Of a stretch of DNA of 64,000 bases, positions 1 through 13,024 are shown piece after piece (position 1 is the stretch's first letter; each line of letters starts with the position of its first letter). The position numbers were made by a program, and so were the translations under genes. The DNA lies in NCBI GenBank assembly GCA_965645245.1, contig OZ287072.1, positions 1,736,001 through 1,800,000 on the forward strand, read 5' to 3'. This stretch comes from Massalongia carnosa. Taxonomy: Eukaryota. Below the pieces are notes generated by a model, which saw nothing but the letters and a program-made list of their open reading frames with translations, was not told the origin of the DNA and did no database searches.

Positions 1-3000
1 GAAGTTGCAAATTCTACTTTTGATCCATCCGTATAAAGTAATATTCGTGATTTCGGAATTCATAAATTGAATTTTGGACAAAGTCAAATAATAACTTGAT
101 TTTGCTGTTTCTTTTGAGTTTTCGATTTGAAATTCGATTTTACACGACGACTTCCATGGTTTTATGAAGTTATTTGATTGTTCGAATTCATCAGTTTTGT
201 GAACTATGTCCGAAACGGAGTGCAAAACACGAATAAGCTGACTAGAATGTCGTTTATTTGTTTTTTTTTCGTCTTCGTTCCATTCGGCATATTTGTTGTT
301 CCATAAGCTAGTATCAAAACCGATGTTTTCGAATTTCATCGAATATGTATTTGGAATTCTTTGACAAATGCGATTATTTTCGGCAATCTTCAATAATCGA
401 ATAGCATATTCTTGATTTTTCATCAATAATCGTAGTATGACTGGTAGAATATGGGATTCAAATTCCATCGCCTGAACAGGTGTGGTTTTGAATGTTCCTA
501 AAACCTTTCAAATCATACGATTTTGCAAATCAGGAACCTTGGACACGCGATCAAAAAACTATTTCTCATCCGTCATTTACATGCATTATGCCGAAAATAG
601 CAGCTTATCGCTCGAGAGTAGCTGTATTTGTCACTAAATGCAATTCGAAACTACAATGCACGCCTAGAACGGATCTTATTGACGATCCCGATATGCAAAT
701 TATCCAGATTACAATTGATGATATTCGAAAAGTACAGATTATCAACATTTACAATGAAAAAAGTCAAAACGATCGGGAAACATATAAAATCGACCGACTA
801 ATAGTCAAATATCAACCTACATTCAATGATCAATTTGTAATATGTGGAGATTTCAATGCACATCATAACTGGTGGAATTCGAAAATTCAGCATGCAATTC
901 GATCTGAAAATCTAGTGAAATGGTTAAAATCAAAATAGTGTAGTTTGATTAATACGTCTGATTTATGTACATTTTACGCCCATTCTGGAAGTTCTTCATC
1001 TGTTATTGATTTAACATTTGTAAATTCTAAAATCGAAAATGCAATAACAAATTGGTCAATCGATGAAAACGCAGCCACAGGTTCAGATCATGAAGTCATT
1101 CGATTTGAATTAATCGCATCTTTCAAGAATTTGCCGACACATGCAACCGCATTATCAAACAAATACAATTGCAATAAAGCCGATTGGGACAAGATTGCGA
1201 AGTTTCTAGATGAAAATTCAATAAACTACGAAACACAGGTTCAAAGTTTATTGAATAATCATCAATTCGACGAATTAGCGATCTATTTGCAAGATATTAT
1301 TACAGACGCAGCTGAAATGTTTATTCCGAAGACAAAAATATGTGCAAAATCAAAAAATTAGTGGTCGCAAGATTTAACTGAACTCCGAAAAATTATGTCT
1401 AGACATCGTCGAGAATGGAAGAATTATCCCTCCGATTTTAGTCATAGAACCTTTAAACATAGCCGAATCGAATATTTTCATGCAATTCGAAAAGCAAAAC
1501 AACAAACTTGGTTAACTTTTCTAGAAAATGCAGCGAATAAAGACGTATTTACAGCTTATAAATACACTAAACCGCGCATATTCGAAAAAATACCACCAAT
1601 TCAATATGAAAATAAGTTAAATGTTCAATTCGATGACAAATGCGATGCATTCGTTGCAGCAATGTACACAAAAAACCCATTTATAGACGATAGTGTCGAA
1701 GACTTATCGAATCAAGACAACGAAGATGACAATAATTGGCCTGATTTGACCGAAAACGAGTTGCAAAATGCGATTAGTTTGTTTAATCCGAAAAAAGCAT
1801 GTGGCCCTGATGCAATCAATTTTACAATTGTTCAAAAATCGTTTCAGTCGTTGAAAAACGTGTTTTTTATGATTTATTCAAAATTCATTCAAACCGGTTA
1901 TCATCCGTTATGCTGGCGGACAGGACTCGGTGCAGTTTTGAAAAAACCTAACAAATCAGATTATTCGCTGCCAAAATCATATCGGATTATCACTTTACTA
2001 AACTGTCTTGGTAAAATTGCTGAGAAAATCGTTGCAAATCGCCTTGCCTACTTCGGCGAAAATTCGAATTTATTAGATATCGAACAGATGGGCGGACGCA
2101 AAAATCACTCTGCAATTGACGCAGTAATGACCGTCGTTCATGATATCGAAATAGCGAACCGAAAAAAGAACGTTTTATCATGTTTATTACTCGACATCAA
2201 AGGCGCATTTGACTTTGTATCGATTAATCAGCTGTTAAATGTCATGAAAGATCTGAAATTATTTCGCATAGTTATTTATTCATTGGGTCAAAAATTTTAT
2301 GACAAAACGATCGGTCAATCTAATATTCGATGAAAATAAAAGCAAAACCTATTATGTCGAATCAGGAATTCCACAAGGCTCACCTATTTCGCCTATATTA
2401 TTTTCGATCTACATTCGTCACTTATTTCCGAAAGTACGAATGAAATTCAATGCACATTCTCCTAGTTTTATAGACGATGTTGCAATATATGTCGAAAATA
2501 AAACTGCAAAACAGAATTGCAAAGAAATCGAAATCATAGTAAAAACTGCATTTGATTGGGCCGCATCGAATAATGTCAAATTTGATGACGAAAAATCCGA
2601 ACTGATTCACTTCGAAAAGACAAGAAATGCATCGAAAGACAGACTGCAATTACCAAACGGAACTATACTGGAACCGAAAAATGTAGTCAAATGGTTGGGA
2701 ATCTGGCTAGATCGAAAACTGAATTACAAAAAACACGTCGAAACTCGAATTTCTTCTGCAAATCGGTCATTCTTTGGGATTCAAAATTTGATGAAATCAG
2801 AGTGGGGTCTTAAACCGACTGCATGTAGACAGCTTTATTTGTCATGCATCGTTCCTATTTCGGATTATGGTTCAGAAATTTGGTACAATGGTCAACAGAA
2901 ATATGAGAAACTATTTCAGAATTTGCAAAATCGTATTATTCGAAAGATTTTAGGAGCATTCAAAACCACACCTGTTCAGGCGATGGAATTGAATCACATA

Positions 3001-3637
3001 TTCTACCAGTCAAACTACGATTATTGATGAAAAATAAAAAATATGCTATTCGATTGTTGAAGATTGCCGAAAATAATCGCATTTGTCAAAGAATTCCAAA
3101 CACATATTCGATGAAATTCGAAAACATCGGTTTTGATACTAGCTTATGGAACAACAAATATGCCGAATGGAACGAAGACGAAAAACAAACAAATAAACGA
3201 CATCCTAGTCAGCTTATTCGTGTTTTGCACTCCGTTTCGGACATAGTTCACAAAACTGATGAATTTGAACAATCAAATAACTTCATAAAACCAAGGAAGT
3301 CGTCGTGTAAAATTGAATTTAAAATCGAAAAGTCAAAAGAAACAGCAAAATCAAGTTATTATTCGACTTTGTCCAAAATTCAATCTATGAATTCCGAAAT
3401 ATCACGAATATTACTTTATACGGATGGATCAAAAGTAGAATTTGCAACTTCTGCGGTCACATTCGCACCAATTATGCGAAAATGGAACAATTTTATCGAT
3501 GATTTCGATCACTTTATTGAAAAAGATTGCCTTATCCAACATCATACAATTTCGAAAAGCTGGAAATTGAGCAAACAGTCAAGCATTAAAAATGCTGAAC
3601 TTCTTGCGATTTTAGAAGCAGTCAAATAGTCAAATGG

Positions 3638-5350
3638 TTGGGCGTCTGGTTAGACCGGAAACTGAATTTCAAAAAACACGTCGAAACGCGAATCTCTTCT
3701 GCGAATCGATCGTTTTTTGCAATTCAGAATTTGATGAAATCCGAATGGGGTCTGAAACCGACCGCATGCAGACAGCTCTATTTGTCATGCATTATTCCTA
3801 TTTCGGACTATGGCTCAGAAATTTGGTATAATGGTCAAAAGAAATATGAAAAACTATTTCAGAACCTACAAAATCGAATGATTCGAAAGTTTTTAGGAAC
3901 TTTCAAAACCACACCTATTCAGGCGATGGAAATTGAATCACATGTTTTACCAGTTAAACTTCGATTATTAATGAAAAATCAAAAATACGCAATTCGATTA
4001 TTGAAGATTGCCGAAAATAACCCTATTTGTCAAAGAATTCCAAATACATATTCGATAAAATTCGAAAACATCGGTTTTGACACTAGTTTATGGAACAACA
4101 AATATGCCGAATGGAACGAAGACGAAAAACAAACAAATAAACGACATCCTAGTCAGCTCATTCGCGTTCTTCATTCCGTTTCCGACATAGTTCACAAAAC
4201 TGATGAGTTTGAACAATCAAATCATTTTATTAAACCTTGGAAATCGCCGTGCAAAATCGAATTTCAAATCGAAAATACAAAGGAATCTGCTAAATCAAGT
4301 TATTATTCGACCTTATCCAAAATTCAATCAATGAACTCCGATAAATCCCGAGTTTTACTTTATACGGATGGATCAAAAATCGAATTTGCAACGTCTGCAG
4401 TCACATTTGCGCCAATTATGAGGAATTGGAGTAGTATTATCAATAATTTTGATCGATTTATTGAAAAAGATTGTCTGATCAAGTATCATACGATTTCGAA
4501 AAGCTGGAAATTAAGCAAACAGTCAAGCATTAAAAATGCTGAACTGCATGCAATTTTACAAGCAATGAAATGGGTCTATAAATTGTCTAATACTAATATT
4601 TTATCGAACTTGGAAAAAACGATTTGGATTTTTTCTGATAGTATAAACGCGATAAACGAAATTCAGAACTTGAAAAATCATATTTTCGCAAGACAAATTC
4701 GAAAGCTCGCAAAACGCTTATTTGAAAGCAATTATCAGGTGATTTTGCAATGGGTTCCGAGTCATTCGAATATTACCGAAAACGAAATTGCAGACAAAAT
4801 AGCAAAGACGGGCCATAATCAAATCCTAGTCGAGTCCTCGGCTATAACATTTGATTATGTAAAAGATCAAATAAATCAAAATATGCTAACCACATGGACG
4901 AATCAATGGCAACAATGCAAATCAAAAGGCAAATACTACGAGAAATTCGAAATGAAACCTGGCATATCGAGATTTTATTATTTATCAAACAACTGTTCCA
5001 AATTGATATTTGCCACTATTATGCAATTAAAATTCGGACACGGCTATTTTCGATCATATTTACATCGATTGAAAGATTATAATTCGTCAAAATGCTCAAA
5101 TCGATGCAATCAACGACAAACGCCAGAACACTTGTTATTGAATTGCATTCACTATTTCGATGAAATTCAAAACATGAAACAAACCATCGATACTACGATC
5201 AACTTGAATATGTTGTTTAATACAAAAATCGGAAATGACATTTTGATTAAATTCATTGTCAATAACAAAATCGCAACTAGAAAATGGATACTAGGTCAGC
5301 TTGATGACGATATTTTCGAAACTGGAGGTTGGGGAGAGATCGAACAGTAA
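3638..5350 (+). pseudogene. 5'-truncated ORF2 remnant: RT C-terminus, RNase H and CCHC zinc finger
   Basis: Motifs LGVWLD, LYTDGSK, NAEL, IFSDS, WVPSH, NEIAD, CSNRC-x7-H-x4-C. Confidence 0.9.
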
Positions 5351-5585
5351 AATCAGAAACGATTTATGCTGAAACAGTTACGAACTTACAAAGATAAATT
5401 GTAAAATCGATAATTTTCGATTACTATAGGTTGTTACTAACACGGAGTAAAAATGGGGAAAAATTGACGATACATAGATGGGTTATAAAGGGTTGATTTA
5501 TTTGTAATATAGAAACATATCCTAAAATAGTTTAGTGTCATAACCTTAGGTTGAATACACTTAATGAATAAATAAAATAAAAAAA
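5351..5585 (+). other. LINE 3'UTR with near-invariant terminal motif gtttagtgtcataaccttaggttgaatacacttaatgaataaa and A-rich tail (11 copies in the window)
   Basis: Ends at about 5585, 6615, 7268(-), 13525, 23696(-), 27661, 29299, 35076(-), 41846(-), 48533 and 48823(-). Confidence 0.85.
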
Positions 5586-7498
5586 AGAAGCAGTCAAATG
5601 GGTATACAAGTTAACGAACGAGAATATATTATCGAATTTAGAAAAAACAATATGGATTTTTTCCGATAGTTTGAACGCGATAAACGAAATTCAACATTTA
5701 ACAAATCATATTTATGCGAAGCAAATTCGAAAGATTGCAAAATGTTTATTCGAAAACAACTATCAGATAATTCTGCAATGGATCCCTAGTCATTCAAAAA
5801 TTATCGAAAATGAAATTGCAGACAAAACGGCGAAAGCAGGACACAGTCAAATCATAGCGGAGTCCTCGGCGATCACATTTGACTACTTGAAAAGTCAAAT
5901 TTATCAAAATACGCTAAACACATGGACGAATCAATGGCAACGATGCAGGTCAAAAGGCAAATATTACGAGAAATTTGATATGCAGCCTGGCAAATCGAGC
6001 TTTTATCATTTGTCAAATAATTGTTCGAAAATGATATTTGCTACCATTATGCAGCTGAAATTCGGACACGGTTATTTTCGTTCATATCTATATCGATTGA
6101 AAGATTACAATTCATCAAAATGCACGAATAGATGCAACGAACTTCAAACGCCAGAACATCTATTGTTGAACTGCAATCACTATTTTGAAGAAATTCAAAT
6201 AATGAAACAAAGTATCGATACTACAATCAATTTGAACATTTTATTCAATACCAAAATTGGAAATGACATTAAAATAAAGTTTATTGCCAAAAACAAAATC
6301 GCTACTAGAAAATGGATACTAGGTCAGCTAGAAGACGAAATTGTCGAAACGGGAGGTTGGGGAGAGATCGAACAGTAAAATCAGAATTGATTTATGTTGA
6401 AACACTTTCGAACTTTACAAAGACAAATTGTAAAATCAAAAATTCGATTACTATAGGTTGTTACTAACACGGAGTAAAAACGGGGAAAAATTGAAGATTC
6501 ATAGATGGGTTATAAAGGGTTGATTTATTTGTATTATAGAAATATATCTTAAAATAGTTTAGTGTCATAACCTTAGGTTGAATACACTCAATGAATAAAT
6601 AAAAAATAAAAAAAAGATTTTGCAAATTCTGAAATAGTTTCTCATATTTCTGTTGACCATTGTACCAAATTTCTGAACCATAATCCGAAATAGGAACGAT
6701 GCATAACAAATAAAGCTGTCTACATGCAGTCGGTTTAAGACCCCACTCTAATTTCATCAAATTTTGAATCCCAAAGAATGACCGATTTGCAGAAGAAATT
6801 CGAGTTTCGACGTGTTTTTTGTAATTCAGTTTTCGATCTAGCCAGATTCCCAACCATTTGACTACATTTTTCGGTTCCAGTATAGTTCCGTTTAGTAATT
6901 GCAGTGTGTCTTTCGATACATTTCTTGTCTTTTCGAAGTGAATCAGTTCGGATTTTTCGTCATCAAATTTGACATTATTCGATGCGGCCCAATCAAATGC
7001 AGTTTTAACTATGATTTCGATTCTTTGGAATTCTGTTTTGCAGTTTTGTTTTCGACATATATTGCAACATCGTCTATAAAACTAGGAGAATATGCATTGA
7101 ATTTCATTTGTACTTTCGGAAATAAGTGACGAATGTAGATCGAAAATAATATAGGCGAAATAGGTGAGCCATGTGGAATTCCTGATCCGACATAATAGGT
7201 TTTGCTTTTATTTCCATCGAATATTAGATTGACCGATCGTTTTGTCAGAAAATTTTTGACCCATTGATTTTTTTTTATTTATTCATTAAGTGTATTCAAC
7301 CTAAGGTTATGACACTAAACTATTTTAAGATATGGTTTTATTTTACAAATAAATCAACCCTTAATAACCCAACTATCTATCGTCAATATTGCCCCGTTTT
7401 TACTTCGTGTTAGTAACAACCTTTAGTAATCGAAATATCGATTTTACAATTTGTTTTTGTAAAGCTCGTAAATATTCCAGCATAAATCATTTCTAATT

Positions 7499-10400
7499 TT
7501 ACTGTTCGATCTCTCCCCAACCTCCCGTTTCGATATTTTCGTCATCGAGCTGACCTAGCATCCATTTTCTAGTCGCGATTTTGTTATCAACAATAAATTT
7601 AATCAAAATATTATTTCCGATCCTAGTATTAAATAACATTTTTAAAGTAATTGTGGTATCGATATTTTGTTTCATGTTTAGGATTTCATTTGAATAATGT
7701 ATGGAATTCATCAATAAGTGTTCTGGCGTTTGACGTTCGTTGCAGCGCCCTGTGCATTTTGACGAATTATAATCTTTCAATCGGTGCAGATATGATCGAA
7801 AATAACCGTGTCCGAATTTCATTTGCATAATAGTCGCAAATATTAATTTCGAACAAGTATTCGACAGATAATAAAAACTCGATTTGCCCGGCTGCATTTC
7901 GAATTTCTCATAGTATTTGCCTTTTGACTTGCATTGTTGCCATTGATTCTCCCATGTGGCTAACATATTTCAATTTATTTGACCCTTTACATAATCAAAT
8001 GTTATTATCGAAGACTCGACTAGGATTCCACTATGTCCCACTTTTGCTGCTTTATCTGCAATTTCATTTTCGACGATTTTCGAATGACTAGGAATCCATT
8101 GTAGAACCACCTGATAATTGTTTCCGAATAAGCATTTCGAGAATTTTCGAATTTGTTTTGCGTAAGTATGATTTGTCAAGTTCTGAATTTCGTTTATCGC
8201 GTTTATGCTATCGGAAAAAATCCAAATCGTTTTTTCCAAATTGAAGAGAATATTCGCAATTGTCAATTTGTATGCCCATTTTATTGCTTGTAGTATCGCA
8301 TAGAGTTCAGCATTTTTAACGCTTGACTGTTTGTTTAATTTCCAGCTTTTCGAAATCGTATGATGTTTGAGGAGACAATCTTTTTCGATAAAACGATTGA
8401 AGTTATCGGTGAAATTGTTCCAATTTCGCATAATTGGTGCAAATGTGACAGCGGAAGTTGAAAACTCGGTTTTTGATCCATCGGTATAGAGTAACATTCG
8501 CGATTTATCGGCGTTTATTGATTGGATTTTTGATAAAGTCGAATAATAACTTGACTTTGCTGTTTCTTTGGATCTTTCGATTTGGAACTTGATTTTACAA
8601 GACGGCTTCCATGATTTGATGAAATTATTTACTGATTCGAATTCATCAGTTTTGTGAACTATATCCGAAACGGAATGAAGAATACGGATAAGCTGACTAG
8701 GATGAGATTTACTCGATTTTTTCTCGTCTTCGTTCCATTCAGCATATCTGTTGTTCCATAAACTAGTGTCAAAACCGATGTTTTCGAATTTCACCGTATA
8801 GGTACTGGGAATTCTTTGACAAATAGGATTATTTTCGGCAATCTTCAATAATCGAATTGCGTATTTTTGATTTTTCATCAACAATCGTAGCTTGGCTGGT
8901 AAAATATGCGATTCAATTTCCATCGCCTGAACAGGCGTGGTTTTGAACGTGCCTAAAATCTTTCGAATCATTCGATTTTGCAGATTCTGAAATAGCTTTT
9001 CATATTTCTTTTGACCGTTATACCAGATTTCTGAGCCATAGTCCGAAATAGGAATAATACATGACAGATAGAGCTGTCTGCATGCAGTTGGCTTTAGTCC
9101 CCATTCAGACTTCATCAAATTTTGAATTGCGAAAAACGATCGATTTGCAGAAGCAATTCGCGTTTCGACGTGTTTTTTGTAATTTAGTTTTCGGTCTAAC
9201 CAGACTCCTAACCATTTGACAGAATTTTTCGGTTCTAGTATTGTCCCGTTTGGTAATTGCACTTTGTCTTTTGATGCATTTCTTGACTTTTCGAAGTGAA
9301 TCAACTCAGATTTGTCGTCATCAAATTTGACATTATTCGTTGCGGCCCAATCAAAAGCTGTTTTGACGATAATTTCGATTTCTTTGCAATTCTGTGTGGC
9401 AGTTTTATTTTCGACATATATTGCAACATCGTCTATAAAGCTAGGTGAATGAGCATTGAATTTCATTCGTATTTTCGGAAATAAGTAACGAAAATAAATC
9501 AGAAATAGAATTGGCGAAATAGGTGAACCTTGTGGAATTCCAGATTCGATATAGTACGTTTTGCTTTTGTGTTCATCGAATATCAAATTGATAGATCGTT
9601 TTGTCATAAAATGCTTGACCCATTGAATAACTATGCGAGATAAATGCAGCTTTTTCATAACATTTAGCAATTGATTAATCGAAACAAAGTCAAATGCTCC
9701 TTTGACATCGAGTAATAGACATGATAAAACGTTTTTGTTTCGGTTTGCGATTTCGATATCATGAACGACGTTCATTACCGCATCGATTGCAGAATGATTT
9801 TTCCGTCCGCCCATTTGTTCGGTATCTAACAAGCTCGAATTTTCGCCGAGGTAGGCTAATCGATTAGCAACTATTTTCTCCGCAATTTTACCAAGACAAT
9901 TCAGTAAGGTAATAATTCGATATGATTTTGGCAGCGAGTAGTCTGGTTTATTAGGTTTTTTTAAAACAGCACCGAGTCCTGTTCGCCAATATAACGGGTG
10001 ATAACCGATTTGTATAAACTTAGAATAAATAGTAAAAAACACGTTTTTCAATGGTTGAACCGATTTTTGAATTATTGTGAAATTGATTGCATCAGGTCCA
10101 CATGATTTCTTTGGATTAAACAAACTAATCGCATTTTGCAATTCATTTTCGGTTAAATTCGGCCAATTGTTGTCATTTTCGCTGTCTTGATTCGTTAAAT
10201 CTTCAATATTATCATCCGTGAACGGGTTTTTTGTGTACATTGCTGACACAAACGCATCGCATTTGTGATCGAATTGAACATTTAACTTATTTTCATATTG
10301 AATAGGTGGTATTTTGTCGAACATGCGCGGTTTAGTGTATTTATAAGCTGTAAATACGTCTTTATTCGCTGCGTTTTCGAGGAAAGCCAACCAAGTTTGC

Positions 10401-11512
10401 TGTTTCGCTTTTCGAATTGCATGAAAGTACTCGATTCGACTATGTCTAAATGTTTGATGACTAAAATAGGACGGATTATTCTTCCATTCTCGACGATGTC
10501 TACACATGATTTTTCGAAGTCCGAATAAATCTTGCGACCGCCAATTTTTCGATTTTGCGCATATTTTTGTCTTCGGAATAAACATTTCAGCCGCGTTTTT
10601 GATAACGTTTTGCAAATATAACGCTGATTCATCAAATTGATAATTGTTCAATAGACTTTGTATTTGGGACTCGTAGTTTACTGCATTTTCGTCTAGAAAC
10701 TTCGCGAATTTATCCCAATCGGCTTTATTGCAGTTGTATTTATTCGATAATGCGGTTGCGTGTGACGTCAAGTTCTTGAAAGACGCGATAAGTTCAAATC
10801 GAATAACTTCATGATCTGAACCCGTGACTGCGTTTTCATCGATTGACCAATTTGTAATTGCGTTTTCGATTTTAGAATTTGCAAATGTTAAATCAATAAT
10901 AGATGAAGAGTTTCCTGAATGAGCAAAAAATGTATATAGATCAGGCGTATTTATCAAACTACATTTGTTTAATTTTAACCATTTGACTAGATTTTCTGAT
11001 CGAATTGCATTTTGAATCTTCGAATTCCACCAGCTATGATGTGCATTGAAATCTCCACATATGACAAATTGATCAGTTGATATAGGTTGATATTTAACTA
11101 AAAGTCGATCGATTGTATATGTTTCTCGATCGTTTAGACTTTTTTCATTGTAAAGGTTAAAGATCTGCACTTTTCGAACTTCATCAATTGTAATTTCGAT
11201 AATTTGCAGATCAGTATCGTTTATAAGATCCGTTCTAGGCGTGCATTGTAATTTTGGATTGCATTTTGTAACGAATATAGCTACTCTCGGCCGATAAGTC
11301 GCTATTTTCGGCATAATACATGTGAATGACGGATGGGAAATTGTTTTTTGATCTCGCGTCCATGGTTCCTGAAATAAAACAATATCAACACGATTTAATA
11401 CTGCATATTCCAGACACGAAATCATTGCATTCGTTGACTTTGCACAATTATGTTGAATAAATTTGACATTTTGTGTATTTTCGATATTTGTCAACGAATG
11501 TTGTCCCGCCAT
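7499..11512 (-). pseudogene. ORF2 (APE endonuclease-RT-RNase H-CCHC), 1337 codons with one premature stop at 7970
   Basis: 1180-aa and 155-aa ORFs in the same frame; motifs QEPW, GDFNAHH, IDLTF, GSDH, GIPQGSPISP, FIDD, YTDGS. Confidence 0.93.
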
Positions 11513-12956
11513 TAACCAAGCATTAATTCATCATTCGATTTTCTAGGATTTAGCGAGATAAACATTTCGCAACCTATATCGTTCGATTGATGATTTTTGT
11601 TGCAATTGACGCATTTCAGAATTGCATGTGCGCATGCGATTTTAGACTTGCATGTTGTGCATTCATGATTATGCGTTTCATGACTTTGTGCGCATATATT
11701 GCATTTTGCCGGACTTTTGCATTGATAATGCTTATGTCCAAATTTCTGACAATTAATACATTGCGTGTTTGGACGAACGGAAGCAAATATTTCCGTGTCA
11801 CAATGTCTACCCGCGATATTCACGCCTCTTAACGCGTTTGACGCTTGATTTTGATTATTGAAAGTCAAAACTACCGACGACGTGACTTTGTTTTGACGAT
11901 CCCGAGCAAGCCATCTTGGTAAATCGCATAGTTGCATATTCGAATTGTATTTTTCGATTTCGGTTTGCAAATATTGCATGTTATTATCGAATAACGAGAT
12001 ATTTATTCCGTGTGCTATGACTTTAAACCAGGATTCGTCTTTTCGAATTCTTTGTGATTCGAAAATGTGTTCCCATGAAGATTTATTTTTCAACAATTCT
12101 TCGGCATTGTTGTCAGGGCTAGTGGTGAGAACAATATTCTGACCGGTTTTGGACTTTTCAACAGTATTGACGATGATGTTTAAATTTGCGTTTTTTAATA
12201 GCGCGTTAATTTGATCACGCAACTTCATAGAGTCGATTTGAGCGTCAGGATTTTTCGGTGAAATCACGAGTCGTCTGGCCTTGATTGCATTAAATCGATC
12301 GACTTTGTTCGAATTATGATTCGAACTTTTCCTTTGAATAGTAGTCCAATTTTCGGAGTTTTCGGTTGCTTTTCCAAGCATTTGACTCCATGTACCGGTT
12401 GTGCTAACATTGTTACCAGAGACCCCGGTAGCTCCTTTGCGAATGGTCTGATTTTCGATAATTGAATTTTCGTTCAATTTAACAACAGGTTTTTGGATTT
12501 TTGGACCAATCTGTAGTGGAGTCGTTTGTTGTTGTGACGTTTTTGAGGAAAGATGACTAGTTTGATCAAGTACTATGCCCATTTTATAGTTAATCATATC
12601 TAAGGATGTTTGTAAATTGATTGATTTTTTCGAAATCAACGAATTAACGTTGTCAATTACGATAGCCGTTTGTGGATTTTGGTCCAGTACAAATGATTGC
12701 AATAATGCTTTTTTGGCCGACTTTAGAAGCTCAATTGAATTTGCCCGATTGATCACTTCTTGGCTATCTCTCGAATGTTCGTCAAATGTGCGTCTTTTAT
12801 TTCGTTTGATTGGTGGGCTTGATCCAATGTTTAAGTTCAATGAAGGCATCGGCAAGATAGTGGAAAATGGACCCGATGGGAATTTCGTTGTCTTTGGTGT
12901 CGCTGTTGACGGGGCTGATGCATATTCGCGAGTTTGATCCATAGGTTCAAGACGGG
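11512..12956 (-). pseudogene. ORF1 (gag-like nucleic-acid chaperone), subfamily A, lacking its N-terminal ~47 aa
   Basis: Matches 46092-47675 from RLEPMDQ onward; CINCQKFGHKHYQC and two further Cys/His knuckles. Confidence 0.88.
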
Positions 12957-13024
12957 TTTTGACCCATTGAATAACTATGCGAGATAATTTCAGATTTTTC
13001 ATGACATTTAACAGCTGATTAATC

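Larger units (their letters stand above)
3628..5585 (+). mobile_element. Tad1-like LINE, subfamily C-type, 5'-truncated (RT thumb to poly-A)
   Basis: TSD agaagcagtcaaat at 3614-3627 and 5586-5599; A-tail; open 570-aa frame. Confidence 0.93.
531..6615 (+). mobile_element. Tad1-like LINE, subfamily D, 5'-truncated in the endonuclease; degenerate ORF2; interrupted at 3628-5585
   Basis: Starts at QEPWTRDQK. EN/RT/RNase H fragments lie at 492-3629 and 5671-6378, then 3'UTR and A-tail. TSD gattttgcaaat at 519-530 and 6616-6627. Confidence 0.92.
7268..12956 (-). mobile_element. Tad1-like LINE, subfamily A, 5'-truncated within ORF1
   Basis: Poly-T at 7268; TSD ttttgacccattga at 7254-7267 and 12957-12970. 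Confidence 0.95.

Noticed and set aside
5540..5552. taaccttaggtt as a telomere repeat or CRISPR-like repeat
   Set aside because: A single motif within each LINE 3'UTR; there is no TTAGGG array and no repeat-spacer periodicity.
7966..7972. Programmed stop-codon readthrough in ORF2
   Set aside because: Stops lie at different positions in each copy and correspond to sense codons in the others.
12617..12937. Repeated antisense ORFs (106-aa MIDFFEINEL..., 75-aa MQSVFRC..., etc.)
   Set aside because: Shadow frames of ORF1/ORF2, recurring only because the element is repeated.
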